Counted from the first letter of the stretch, positions 1-13,727 are shown. The stretch is 64,000 nt of DNA from Octopus vulgaris (GCA_951406725.2 OX597822.1:27528001-27592000), one strand, 5' to 3'. Numbers and translations: made by a program. Notes: generated from the letters alone by a model not told the origin.

Positions 1-780
1 ACTCATAATTATATTATTAGTTAAATGAAATTCAATCTTGTTTATTTTGTTTCGGACAGATTTATATAAAGCTTGAGCTTTTTTTAGTTTAGTAGTAACT
101 ATGGAAGGCTGGTGGGATTATTATCTGTATGGACTTAAGACTGGTCGCAATTTAGCATATAATTTAGGTTTACTATTAATACTGATACGATGTACCTTAG
201 TTTATGTGCTTCTTTGTTGTAGGTGTTTTAAAGTTAGTGATTAATCCTGCCTATCATTTGATTGATTGAATGAATGCGATTATTGAGCTTTCACTTTTAT
301 ATTATTCTATGGAAGACGGTAGGGAATGTAATTTTTGTATGACTTAATGGATTGGTTGCTGTTTAGTTACACATTTATTAGTTGGCTGCAATTTACTTAT
401 TGGAATTTATTTACCGATACGGTTGTACGTAAGCTAAGTGTGTTTGAAAGTTGTGGTTTCTTTGGTATGTTTGTTCCCAAACAACATTTATTTTAGAGCT
501 GTCGACACCGCCGGATTGAATGGTTCTGCCCAGGTGTCGAAATCATAATGATATCCGTGGGGCAGCTGATGATGATGGTATGTTGGATTCTTGGTATGGC
601 TGTTTTTGCATATGTGGAATAGTATAATAACACATCCTTTTGATATATATGTATACACACACATATACATATATATATACATACATAAAGAAACATTGGT
701 CATAGAACAAACATCATATTCGACACTCATGCAGATATATAGGTTATCAAATTTTATTCAAGTCGAATTAGACACGATCT

Positions 781-857
<77 letters not shown>

Positions 858-2299
858 ATATACATGTATGTATGTATATATATATATATATGTATATATG
901 TAAATAAATAAATAAAAAATGTATATATATATATATATATACATATGTTCTGATTCGTGTCTATTGGGAAAGATAGAAATATCCGCACTAAGTTAGGATG
1001 TACTTAATATATGGCATATGCATAGTGAATATTATATAAATACGACGCTATACAAAGACTTTTTTGTATGTTCATAATGTTTCACTCACTCACTCTGTCT
1101 TTCCTTTCTCCCTCTGTGTCTCTATATATATGCACATATATAAACACATGTGTGTGTATCTCTCTCTCTGTAGAAAGAGAGTGAGAGAGAGAGAAAAAAG
1201 GAAGGTAAGGTGTATGTGTCAGAGAGGAGATAGAGGATATTCCTTTTATACTCTCAGGATATGAAAACTCATAAACATTTGTTTTAGTTTGATTAACTCT
1301 AATCATCGATATTTATTAATGGGCGATTGGTCAAAACCGACATCATTCTTTACATCATGGCAGGATGGAATTATCGATTTTTCGTTGATTATTTTCTTAA
1401 TTTCCTAAAGCTATCAATAATTAATGCTAAAAGGCCATCATGTGGTTGGCAGGCTCTTAGGAGCGTCGGAATGCCTAAGTAACTGGCAATAATTATTTTC
1501 AACCTCTTGCATTCTGATGTCATATCCCGCTAAGATCAACTTTGACTCTTGTCTTTTGGCTATCGATAAACTAGGGAATCACTAAAGGACTTTTGTCTAT
1601 TTAATCAACGGTCACATTTTGTGTAACCCTTTATAATACATTAGAAATGTTAGAAGGTATAATACAAAAGAAAAAAAACAGAATCAAAGATATATTGCTG
1701 AAGACACTAGTCTTTTCTTTTGTTGTAAATATTACTACCTTGTTTCGGTAATGTCTAACTTTTTATTTCTCATACTCGCTATCGATAATGGCGCGAAACT
1801 GTTATGATCTTAGGCTGATAACTGATGAGGATGATCATGTCCACGTCTTGTGTGTAATTTTTCTGTTGATGCCTTTGTTTTCCTTCTGTTCAATTTTTCC
1901 CTCTCCCACCCTCTCTCTCTCCCTTCTATATGTAAATGTGTGTGTGCATGAATATATATATAAATATATATATATACATATTGGCCTGCTCACGTAGCCA
2001 GCGGGGTGGCGTCATTTGAAGACTAAAACAATGCTAAGCTCAATGTGACCAGCAATGTGTAGCAACATCTGATAGCCCGGTCCGTCACGGTGATCACTGT
2101 CATACACCAACCCTATACATACACACGTCCAGACCTCTCATACGCACTTATACTCTCTCTCTCACACACACACACACACACCCTTATACATACTAATACG
2201 TACTAATACATACTAATACATACTAATACATACACAAACCCTATACATACATACGTCCAGACCTCTCATACGCACTAATACTCTCTCATACACCCCCCC

Positions 2300-2722
<423 letters not shown>

Positions 2723-2867
2723 ATATAGAGTGAGAAAGAGATAGAGATAGATAGATAGATAGATAGGTATTATCAATAATAATAAAGAGTAAAATTAATT
2801 AATCAATTTATAATTTATAATCTTACCAAGTAGTTCGGTATGTTAAAAGAACCGTTATCGGTAAACT

Positions 2868-3310
2868 TATACAAAAATTATTATAATTATAATCATAATT
2901 ATAATTATACCGAAAATTAGAAATAGCAGTTAAATACTATTTTACTATCATAAGATGTCTCGCAGACAGCAATCTTGATATATATACACTTGATATATAT
3001 ATACACTAATATAGACTCATCCACACATATTTCCCAACGCGTACAAATACGCCAACATACGCAGATGTGTGGAAAAATTGTCTGACACATTGTGGAGGAT
3101 TAACTCCGCTGTTCTCCCCGTCTCTCTATCGGTCACTATCTCTCTCTCTATTCGTCTGTTTATTCGTATCTCTCTCTTTCTCCCTCTCTTCAGAGTAGGC
3201 AGTCTGGGAGATATCTTTCGGTAGTAGAATAGTATTTAACTGCTATTTCTCAATTTCGGTATCTGGTGAAGCGATTTGCTGAACCCTGTTTATAATTATA
3301 ATAATTTTTG

Positions 3311-3312
<2 letters not shown>
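2868..3312. repeat. Diverged inverted repeat (arms ~2868-2970 and ~3198-3312)
   Basis: tacaaaaattattataattata...ccgaaaattagaaatagcagttaaatactat reappears as its reverse complement ~220 bp downstream. Confidence 0.8.
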
Positions 3313-3377
<65 letters not shown>

Positions 3378-3580
3378 GCAGGCAGACAGACAGACAGACA
3401 GATAGATAGATAGGTAGGTAGGTAGGTAGGTAGGTAGGTAGGTAGGCAGGTAGGTAGGTAGGTAGGTTGGTAGGTAGGTACGTAGGCAGGCATGTATATA
3501 GTGAGCTAGCTAGCTAGACGGATGGATGGATGAATGGATAGATAGATAGATAGATGGATAGATAGATGAATAGATAGATG

Positions 3581-3620
<40 letters not shown>

Positions 3621-4258
3621 TATAGATAGATGGATAGATAGATAGATAGATGGATAGATAAATAGGTTGGTAAATAGTTGTCATATGTATGTAGAGAAAA
3701 ATCCAAGCAGTGTCATCTTGCATCACGTCTGCTGATTGCAGTTTTACAAAACCATATATAATTTGTGTCATTGTCGTATTAACGTGAGATACATATTATT
3801 TGCAGAGTTATTACATAACAAAATAGGAAGTTTGAAAATTACACCTCCATGCACATATATATATATATATGACGAAGAGATCATATGTAACAAAGAAAAG
3901 CTACTAATTTCTATTCTTACGTATATTCTTGTTTACATTTAAGTCTAGGAAAACCGAGGGAAAATAATTTGTAGACATTCATTGTTTTCTCAACTTCGAA
4001 ATAATTTAGATTTCATTTCAGATTTAGGCTAATTATTTTCCAGAATAATGGTTATTTCCTAGTTTGCGTTACCAGTTATCTAATATAGACTCACCCACTC
4101 ATATTTCCCAACACGCACAAATACGCCAACATACGCAGATGTGTGGAAAATTTGTCTGACACATTGTGGATTAACTCCGCTGTTCTCTCTGACTCGCTGT
4201 CTGTCACTATCTCTCTCTCTTCGTCTGTGCTTCCATATCTCTCTCTTTCTCCCTCTCC
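3006..4258 (+). repeat. Direct repeat of ~180 bp (3006-3188 and 4080-4258)
   Basis: ctaatatagactca...catacgcagatgtgtggaaaa...ctctctctttctccctctc is present twice. Confidence 0.9.
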
Positions 4259-4483
4259 TTTTTTATATATATTGATATCTTTTCATATATATGCAAGTAT
4301 CTATTTATATTTATTTATTTATATCCTCTTATAATGATTGTACCTATTGTATTGTATTACTCATTCATGTACGCTGTTTTGTTTAACCTTAATGTTCTTA
4401 TGTAGTGGTTCAATAAAGTATGTGATTGGGTATTATCTGGTAGTTGATTAATGATTTAGATGTATTTCTCCATTTTCTGATTT

Positions 4484-4533
<50 letters not shown>

Positions 4534-4569
4534 CATATATATATATATATGTGTGTGTGTATGGATATA

Positions 4570-4780
4570 TGTGTTTGTTGTTGGGTCTGTGTTTGTCCCC
4601 CACCATCGCTTGACAACCGATGTTGGTGTGTTTACGTCCCCGTCAGCTAGCGATTCAGCAAAAAGAGACCAATAGAATAAATACTAAGCTTACAAAGAAT
4701 AAGTGCTGGGTTCGATTTATTCAACAAGCGGTGGTGCTCCAGCATTGCCGCAATCAAATGGCTGAAACAATTAAAAGAGA
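4570..4780 (+). mobile_element. SINE family A, 3' half
   Basis: Matches the 3' half of full copies (catcgcttgacaaccgatg...ggtgctccagcat...ctgaaacaa). Confidence 0.85.
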
Positions 4781-4802
4781 GAGAGAGTGTGTGTGTGTAT
4801 AA

Positions 4803-5460
4803 GAAACATGTGTAATAGTTTGACACTCAGAAAAGTGAAAAAGTCTTTTACGTTTCAAGCCTTCGCTCTTCAACAGAAAGGAATAAGAGAAAATAAAACA
4901 GAAAGAGAAAAAATAAAAACCTGTAGATTTAACAGTAAGTCATGATGACTAAAAAGAATAATAGTTTGAAAGAAGAGGCTAGAATAAAGGGAGATAATAA
5001 TGTAATAAGGTGATGGTGATCCCACTGGAGGTGCGCGCGCGCGCGCGCGTGTGTATGTGAGAAAGGTACGTGTGAATGTGTAAGTGTGTGTGTGTGTGCA
5101 AACAGGGCTAGTGACTGACGTGTGTGAATGTGTGCGTGTGCAAGTGTGTGCATCTATAACGTGTGGCTGCTCATATAGTGGTATGTGTGGTGACGCTACT
5201 GAAGATTGTGTGGGTGTGTTGACGAGGGTGTGAGGATATGTGGATGATGGTGTGTGGTGTGGGTGCTGGGAAGTTATGAGTGCTAGTTGTGTGGAGTAGT
5301 ATGGGGTGGTGTAGTGTTGCAGCGTGGGATGGGAATAGGGAGCGGGTTGGGTTCGTGGATGTAGGTAGAGGTGTGGGGCGGGAGTGTCAACGAGGAGAGG
5401 AGGTGGGTAGGAGTGAAGAGAGTAAGTAGGTGTCAGATGAAGCGATGAAGTAGGATTACT
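4803..5460 (-). mobile_element. Penelope-like tail (family C) with hammerhead motif at 4845-4880
   Basis: Minus strand cttt-CTGTTGA-agagcgaaggctt-GAA-ACGT-A-aaag, homologous to 2440-2560; upstream extent uncertain. Confidence 0.5.
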
Positions 5461-5471
5461 CTGTATCTTCA

Positions 5472-5678
5472 GGAGGAGTTACCTCAATCCTTTATATATT
5501 AACGAAAATGAAATAGAATTGACAAAATTATTTTTTGAACCTGTAGAAGACACACAAGATGTCGAAATATCGTTCAAAAGATGACAATGGCCATCTTCTA
5601 ATTTTGACTCTATATCCACTGGAGGTGTTACCTCAATCTTTTATATATTAATCAAAATGAATTAGATTGACAAAATTA
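5472..5678 (+). repeat. Local direct repeat of ~58 bp (5472-5530 and 5621-5678)
   Basis: gttacctcaatc.tttatatattaa..aaaatgaa.taga(a)ttgacaaaattat occurs twice. Confidence 0.8.
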
Positions 5679-5869
5679 TGTGTGTATTTGTGTGTGTGGG
5701 GGTGGGGGTGCTTAAATTAATAAGATTGCTATTCGCAATTTACAACCAAAAGGCACAGATACAATGTCATTAAAGTAACTGAGGGTTCTAATCAGCACCA
5801 CCATTGCTAGAAATAAGAGCCAAAACAAGTCTTAGCCATGATATACAGACATACATATGTATATATACT

Positions 5870-5911
<42 letters not shown>

Positions 5912-5959
5912 TATATATATATTTTTATATGCGCTTGTGCGTGTACGTGTGTTTATGTG

Positions 5960-6175
5960 TGTGTGTCTCTGTATTTGTGCTTCTTCCCCTCCACTGCTTG
6001 ATAACTGGTTTTGGTTTGTTTGTGCGCCCATATCATACCGGTTTGGAAAAAGAGACAGATAGAATAAGGACAATACTTGAAAAATGAAAACTGGGGTCTA
6101 TTTGTTTGACTAAACCCCTGAAAGCGGTGCCTCAGCATGGCTGCAGTCTAATGACTGAAACAGGTAAAAAATAAA
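5960..6175 (+). mobile_element. SINE family A, diverged 3' half
   Basis: Ends gcggtgcctcagcatggctgcagtctaatgactgaaacaggtaaaa. Confidence 0.8.
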
Positions 6176-6259
6176 ACATACAGCACGTTCAGGCTATATT
6201 GAACAGTTTGCACGAAAGGAAAAGAAAAGACAATATCGCCTCCTACAATGAATGTATTT

Positions 6260-6790
6260 AAAAAAATAATATGGAAGATAACTGTTCACTCAAACTACCT
6301 GCTCTCAGCTTCTACCACGACTCCCGACGGCTACGGAACGTGTGTTCTTTGAAAGTTATTCGAACACTTCTTTCATCTTTGCTGCCAGCTAAGCTGTGTT
6401 GTTGTAGGCAGAGCGGTTGATATTTTTCTCAACTGTGTCCTATGCATAATGATCCGTGGCATTACGTGCTGTATGCTTTATCTTTTACTTGTTTCAGTCA
6501 TTAGACTGCAGCCATGCTTAGGCACCGCTTTTAGGGGTTTAGTCAAGCAAATAGACCCCAGTTTTCATTTTTCAAGTATTGTCCTTATTCTATCTGTCTC
6601 TTTTGCCAAACCGGAATGATATGGGCATTACAAGAAATTAGGCCAGAAGTTGGGACTGATGAAGTCGGAGAAATTCTCTGACCACTATTTCTCACTCTTT
6701 CCTGAGGTATGGCAAGGAGCCGACAGCTGCTGCTACACATGTGGCCTTCCAACAGCCAGGGATTGGCCACATTCTGCAGCGACTTCACAT
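6260..6790 (-). pseudogene. Decayed Tc1/mariner (maT/DD37D-like) transposase C-terminus, interrupted at ~6466-6623
   Basis: Minus-strand translation across stops and frameshifts: GRPHV*QQLSAPCHTSGKSEK*WSENFSDFISPNFWP ... DHYA*DTVEKNINRSAYNNTA*LAAKMKEVF ... VVEAESR*FE*. Confidence 0.7.
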
Positions 6791-6797
6791 GAATTAC

Positions 6798-7015
6798 AAC
6801 TGTGTTTCGTGGTCTGCTACCACAACAGATCCTTTATAGGATCCAGTTAGTTCAAGACATCATCAGGAGGAACCACGTCCGGTTACGGCCCCTACTCCTC
6901 TACCGTTTTGACGTGGCGGGGCCCCCTCCTTTCGGAGGTGTCTTCAGCTCTGGTATTGGGTGCATTTCTTCTTTCTTCACCGAATTGTCTAAGGCCCTCT
7001 TCAAAAATGCAGCGT
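6798..7015 (-). ncRNA. Cluster of degenerate tandem hammerhead-like cores
   Basis: Minus strand: TTGAAGA (6998-7004); CTGAAGA (6941-6947) with a cctcc-GAAA-ggagg hairpin and AAA-AC-G-GT-A; CTGATGA (6860-6866) with GAA-AC-ACA-GT-T. Confidence 0.4.
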
Positions 7016-9419
7016 ACGAATGCAATTGTATAATTACACACACGTACGCACACACACATACACACACACACACACATACATACATACATACATACATACA
7101 TACATACATACATACATGTATAGGGAGAGTTTACAAAAAAACAAAAGACGAAGACAGGTGGTGTATATAACAAACAGATGTATTAGTATAACGCTCAGGA
7201 ATAGTCCGTAGCCATCGTGAGCCGTTGTAGAAGATGAGAGCAGGTAGTTTGAGTGAACAGTTATCTTCCATATTTTTTCCTTTCGTGTAAAAGTCTTTAT
7301 ATATATATATATATATATATATTATACAAAGTAGGCAAGTATCTTGTTACACTTGGTGTTTTAGAAAGTAAGATATTACAAAAACTTTACAATTATTTGA
7401 TGAAATCGGCGTTGATTTAATTATTATATTAAGTTGTTCTCCAACAGAAAAAAAAAAGAAAACGAAAATGATGGATATACTGCAAATGTATTTACATCGA
7501 TTTTCATTCGTCTCAACGTGTTATCTACCTAAGCGTTATAACATCAGTTCAATGCTTAAAGTTTCTTTAAACTAAATTTGGAATTCCTATCATGTACTTC
7601 TTTCAAACAGTGATCGACAAGAGAATTCTACAACAAAGTGAGTGGAATATATTATTTTTAGTAACAGATGTCTTAATCTCAAACATTGAGGAAATGACTA
7701 ATCAATCGGTTAATACATTCAATAACAAGCACAAAATAACGTCTAGTTTCAAATATGATCATTCGCCTGAAATATGCATTCATCTCTCTTCTAGGTTCAC
7801 TTACATATGAGTACGGTTATCTTCATTTTATCATTTTATTATTTCCTTTCTCTGAATATCATGTCTATTTTTGAAGACTTTGTGCAAGTAATTCTTTGAA
7901 GAAGTGCACACTTCAGCAATTTCTCGTAATTTCTTACGGATAATAATTGCCTATGTTTCTTTTATATAAAGAATAAAGCTTATGATTCTTTGTACGTGGA
8001 AGAGGATTACATCAAATGTCTTTCATGTTGCTATCAAGGTATTATAAAAGAAAATGACAACAGCAAAATTCGACTACCGGTTTTGGAATCCAGTAACTTT
8101 TTATATTACGGCGCTCACCGATAGAGATAAAATACTTATGACTTGAGACATGAACTTCCTGTAGAACACATATTTTCTTACAAGTAAGTAATGCTACGTA
8201 TTTGAAAAGTATGGTTTATAGTTAATTGAAATAGCCTCGTCACTAATGTTTATTTGTCTGAAACGTGCGGAATCAAAAAATAATGTCAACTCTGTAAATA
8301 TTTGATCTCAGTTAATATAGGAACGGAAATAAAAAAAACTTAAGTTTTTCTACATTCTGTCACTCAGTCGCTCGAGTCTACAATAAATAAAGATCCCTAA
8401 TTTAGGCAAAAGTATAGTTGTTTTGAAGTGAGAAGGTTAGTGGATACATTCGACTGCTGAGAGGTGAATGGCAAAGGTGACCTCTGTGGGATTTGAGCTC
8501 AGGATATAATTGGCCAAAAGAAATACTGCAAAAGATTTTTTCCGGCAATCTAACGATCCTGCCAGCTTCCCGCCCTATATATTTAGGATAGAGAATGATT
8601 GATACTATAGCTCCGAATGTCATGATCTAAAGGAGGCATACATTTCATGGTAGTAAATTATTGCAACTGGGAATAAACACCCAATTATGGACTCGCTCAT
8701 CGACTACTTGCTTTCAATACCAATGAAGAAAACTCTTGAAATTGATTTTTTAATTAAGCAAACGGCAAGATTTTATCTGAACATGTAATAGTCGAGTGAG
8801 TGCTACATGTATTTTATTTTATTGATTGCACAATAACGAAATGATTGAATTAATCGCGCTTCCATTGCTCCGTAGTTGATAACAACTACGGAAGAACTAA
8901 AGGAATTTTGGCATGGAATTTGAAGCCATGAAAGGAAGATATAGAGATAATTAACAACACAAGATAATGAATGCAGTTTTGCGTTTAGCATATTTGACTA
9001 TGCTCGACCAGCTCAAATTAGCAGCCAAATCTCATTCAATGTTCATTATATCTTCTTAAAATTGGATAAATGTACTGCATAAAGTAGTTTTGAATTAAAT
9101 ATAGCAAAAGAGAAGACGTGATTATCAAGCTGCAATGCTATTTCAACTCTGAAAATTAAACAGTGGAAGATAGTGAAAAAGCCATGTGATACAATTCTAC
9201 AACAAAACATGTTATATAAGGATTTAATTTTGTGCAAAATCTGGGTTTTAGTTTGATAAGAACAAAAAAATTAGAGATTTATCAATGTTTTCATTACAAA
9301 AATCTAAGTCGACAAAACTAAAGAATATATATGTGTAACTGGAGGAAACAAAAAGATTTTGCGATTATTTTGCCAATTTCAATATAGATAATAATTAATT
9401 AATCTTGTACATTAATTAG

Positions 9420-9724
9420 ACAATCCTCAAATTTGATAAGAGAAAGTGTACCAAGTACCTTGCGTTCAACTGTTCTCTGAAAACTCTGAAATCTCGTCTT
9501 TTATACATGTCTTGTCTTTTACACATGTCCAGGTTTATGAAAGGAAAAGCAAAGCTCGATACCGTTGCCTGGAGCGCCAGCATATAAATGTAACACCAAC
9601 CCAATTATAGTTGTCATAAGTAGCCCTGCGACGTATGGAGTTATTCAAAGCATGGCTGATCATACGATCAATTAACGAAGGCATATGGACAAAAATGAGA
9701 ACTTTTCTGGACACCAGCCTATAT
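9420..9724 (-). mobile_element. Possible DNA transposon terminal fragment
   Basis: Minus strand begins ta..ggtgtccagaaaagttctc, which resembles Tc1/mariner TIR ends; no transposase recognised. Confidence 0.25.
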
Positions 9725-9808
9725 CCCCAGTAAACGGTCACACACTTCTATATTGATGGTTTTCACATTGAAGTCAAAGAAATGCAAGCACCACACATAA
9801 ACACATAC

Positions 9809-9854
<46 letters not shown>

Positions 9855-9857
<3 letters not shown>

Positions 9858-10044
9858 TTTTACTCGTTTCAGTCATTTGACTGCGGCCACGCTGGATTAT
9901 CGCCTTATCGGCCCCAGGACTTATTTTTTAGACCTAGTACTTATTCTATCGTCCCTTTTGACGAACCGCTAGATTTCGGGGACATAAACACACTAACACC
10001 TTTTGTCAAGCAGTGATGAGGGAGAAACACAAACAGAAACATAC

Positions 10045-10093
<49 letters not shown>

Positions 10094-10254
10094 CGACGGG
10101 CTTCTTTCAGTTTCCGTCTACCTGATCCAATCACAAGGCTTCGGTCGACCCGAGGTTATAGAAGGCACTTGTACAAGGTGCTATGCAATGGCGCTGAACC
10201 TGGAACCATGTGGTCGGGAAGCAAGCTTCTTACCATATAGCCACTGCTGTGCCT
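9855..10254 (-). mobile_element. tRNA-derived SINE family A, full length
   Basis: tRNA-like head (tggctatatggtaag...ggttcag), internal (TA)/(TG) tract, conserved tail. Confidence 0.9.
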
Positions 10255-10318
10255 CAATATATATCTTTATAAATTTATATTCGACCATTTGAGTGAAACC
10301 CACTGCACAACTGTGACA

Positions 10319-10551
10319 CCTATTTCTTTACTACCCACAAGGGGCTAAACACAGGGAGGACAAACAAGGACAAACAAAGGGATTAAGTCGATTACATCGA
10401 CCCCAGTGCGTAACTGGTACTTATTTAATCGACCTCGAAAGGATGAAAGGCAAAGTCGACCTCGGCGGAATTTGAACTCAGAACCTAGTGGCAGACGAAA
10501 TACGGCTACGCATTTCGCCCGGCGTGCTGACGTTTCTGCCAGCTCACCGCC
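10319..10551 (-). mobile_element. tRNA-derived SINE family B, full length (Meta/MESC-like core)
   Basis: ggcggtgagctggcagaaacg...gagttcaaattcc...gaggtcgactttgcctttcatcctttcgaggtcgattaaataagtaccag; closely matches 37760-37991. Confidence 0.88.
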
Positions 10552-10751
10552 TTCCATTGCACTAATGGAACTGTCGTCTAATGATAACATTTTGCAACAT
10601 CTTCTTCGATTACTGCTCAGAGACGAAGAATGTATTACGTGCCGTAAAGGATCCATCCGCTCGTATGCGCATTTCCGGGTTTCCAGGAGTGAGCATATGC
10701 TTATGTGACTTTGACTAATGCCACTCGTACTGTGTTTTGATGAATATATAT

Positions 10752-10792
<41 letters not shown>

Positions 10793-10992
10793 TGTGTGTG
10801 TGTGTACGTGTGTGTGTGAGTGTGTGTGTGTGTGTAAGTGTGTGTATGTTTATATATATATATATATATATATACAAAAGATTATTCTGGACGCACTAGT
10901 GCACATGTACTCAAACTTAATTGGGAAATTTAATTCCGAATTTAATAGAGATCGATATGTAGTGTACACTCACTCTCCCGCAACATATATAT

Positions 10993-11069
<77 letters not shown>

Positions 11070-11395
11070 ATAAGAGAGAAAAAGAGAGAGGGATAAGAGA
11101 GAGAGAATGAGTGGGAGATGGGGAGAGGGGAAGGTAATACACATCACAATATATTATACAGACTACGCCCTTACAGTAACAGAATATACCATCGTTTCTG
11201 TCAGTTAGTTTGTGCCTGTCAATAACGCATCTTATCTATGACTACGCCCCAGAATCTCGTGAAAGATGATGGCGAGAAGTCATTCACGCTCCTTTGTTGT
11301 ATAATTATTGCAAAATAAATCAGTATAAAACCATTAGTTTTACGTAATTCACACACACGCACATTAACATGCCCACACACATATACCCCTATATA

Positions 11396-11487
<92 letters not shown>

Positions 11488-11490
11488 GTG

Positions 11491-11522
<32 letters not shown>

Positions 11523-11675
11523 TACTTATACATATATATATATACATATATATATATATATGCATATATATATATATACATATATATATATACACATATA
11601 TGTATGTATATATATAGAGAGAGAGATACCTGCATATATAGGTATATGTATATAAGTACATGAGTATACATGTAT

Positions 11676-11708
<33 letters not shown>

Positions 11709-11784
11709 AATATATCCATATATGCATGTATAAATATATAGGTAAACATACACCCGCACATGTATATATATATATATATATATA

Positions 11785-11997
11785 CTTTATTTAAAGCAGC
11801 AGAAAATTCAACAAAATCTGTTACTCTGAGTTTCTCATCAGACAGTTTCTAGCAAAACTGTTTGATGAACGGCAACGAGAAACTCAGAGTAACAGATTTT
11901 GTTGTATTTTCTGCTGCTTTAAATAAAGCATATTACCCTACCACTGGTATTTGAGTACGCTTTTTTCCACCTTGTTTCACATTTATGTGTTTACTCC

Positions 11998-11999
<2 letters not shown>
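11785..11999 (+). mobile_element. Foldback hammerhead-containing PLE-like element inside (TA)n
   Basis: Inverted arms 11785-11848 and 11855-11928; (TA)n on both sides. Confidence 0.7.
11854..11900 (+). ncRNA. Type-I hammerhead ribozyme motif (C3U variant)
   Basis: aaaactgt-TTGATGA-a-cg(gcaa)cg-a-GAA-ACTC(A)GAGT-A-acagatttt; the inverted arm keeps CTGATGA but lacks stem II. Confidence 0.7.
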
Positions 12000-12054
<55 letters not shown>

Positions 12055-12546
12055 GTATATGTATATATATGTATATATACAAACACACATGTATACATAT
12101 ACATATACACATACAATCTACGGATTTGTTATCTTTACTTCTCGGTATACTCGGGTTAAAAAGAGATATAAATTAGAACTCTAGAAGTAAAATCACATCA
12201 AATTACTCTGAAACAGAAATATAGAAAAATAATCAGCAGAGAACTTTGTAATTTAATCTTTTAATTAAACTGCACTGAAGATATATAATGAAGATAAAGA
12301 AGATATAAGTCCTTGATATATTCTTGTTGTTCAATATATTTATTGGTTCCTATTGAATATAAATTTTATTAGAAATTCAATTCGCTGTACTTCTATTTGC
12401 CTGATAAAAAGAAGTGCATGAAATGGAAAGTTTATTCGCACACACTTAGTTATACACCTTTAAACACATTATTCAAACGGATCTATTGCTTTCACCTATA
12501 TATATCTATGAAGAGGGTGTAGGTATGCATATACATTCCCACACAC

Positions 12547-12651
<105 letters not shown>

Positions 12652-13668
12652 GAGAGAAAGATATATATATATATGAAGAGAGAAATATATATATATATAT
12701 ATATATATATGTTATATATAAATATATTTATTTACATATACTCATGTATATATATATGAAGAAAGAAAGAGAGAGAGAGAGAGTGATATATATATATATA
12801 TTATATATAAACATATTTACATATACCCATGTATATATATATGAAGAGAGAAAGAGAGAGAGAAATTACTATATATATATATATATATATATATACATGA
12901 GTTTATGTAAATAAATATATTTATATATAACTGGCATGCGTCCCTATGTACTTGTGTGTGTTATGTGTGTGTATGTGTTTGCAGGTGTGTGCCTGTGCGT
13001 GTTTGTGTGTGTAGTTATTCATGTAATTATGTATGTATGTATGTATTTATGTATGTAAGCAGGCATGGTAGCAAAAATCTATAGTAATGTTTAGGAATAC
13101 AATGTTGCGATTTATTAAGATGTGTGTGTGGGCGGGTAGACTTGTCTTCCTCCTTTACAACAGGATTGTACAGCTATTTAAGAGCGTGGACGGGGTTTGT
13201 GATATGAAGTCAGTCTCATAGAAACGTTGTTATTTCTTTTAACACTTAGTCAACAGCACATAGTCAACCGATCCAAAGTAAGCAGCCTCTACCTGGTCGC
13301 TGAACTTGTTGGAATTAAGCCACAAAGCAGAACATAGTGCCATATAACTCAACCGATGTATGTTCTGTTTTGTGAGAAGTTTTAACAGTTAGTTCTTACC
13401 AGTATTCATCTGATTAAAACAATTTTATTTTGCATGATCTAGCACTTTTGTTCATCAATATGAAACACGACTGAAGTGAAACGAAAAGCCTCTGAAGAAT
13501 CCACTCAATCTGAAGACTCCACTAGAGTGGACGCAAGTGCTAATATTTGATTTATAAAAAACATGTGACATATTAATAAATATCTGTAAATATAAAACCA
13601 TCCAGATTTCTGAGTGTATCTTGTTTCTTTTTATTTATAATACATGTACATCATCTCCAAACCTTCCA

Positions 13669-13727
<59 letters not shown>

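Noticed and set aside
5538-5575. CTGTAGA-agaca...tgtc-GAAA hammerhead-like motif
   Set aside because: Core mismatch and no convincing stem I; too weak to call
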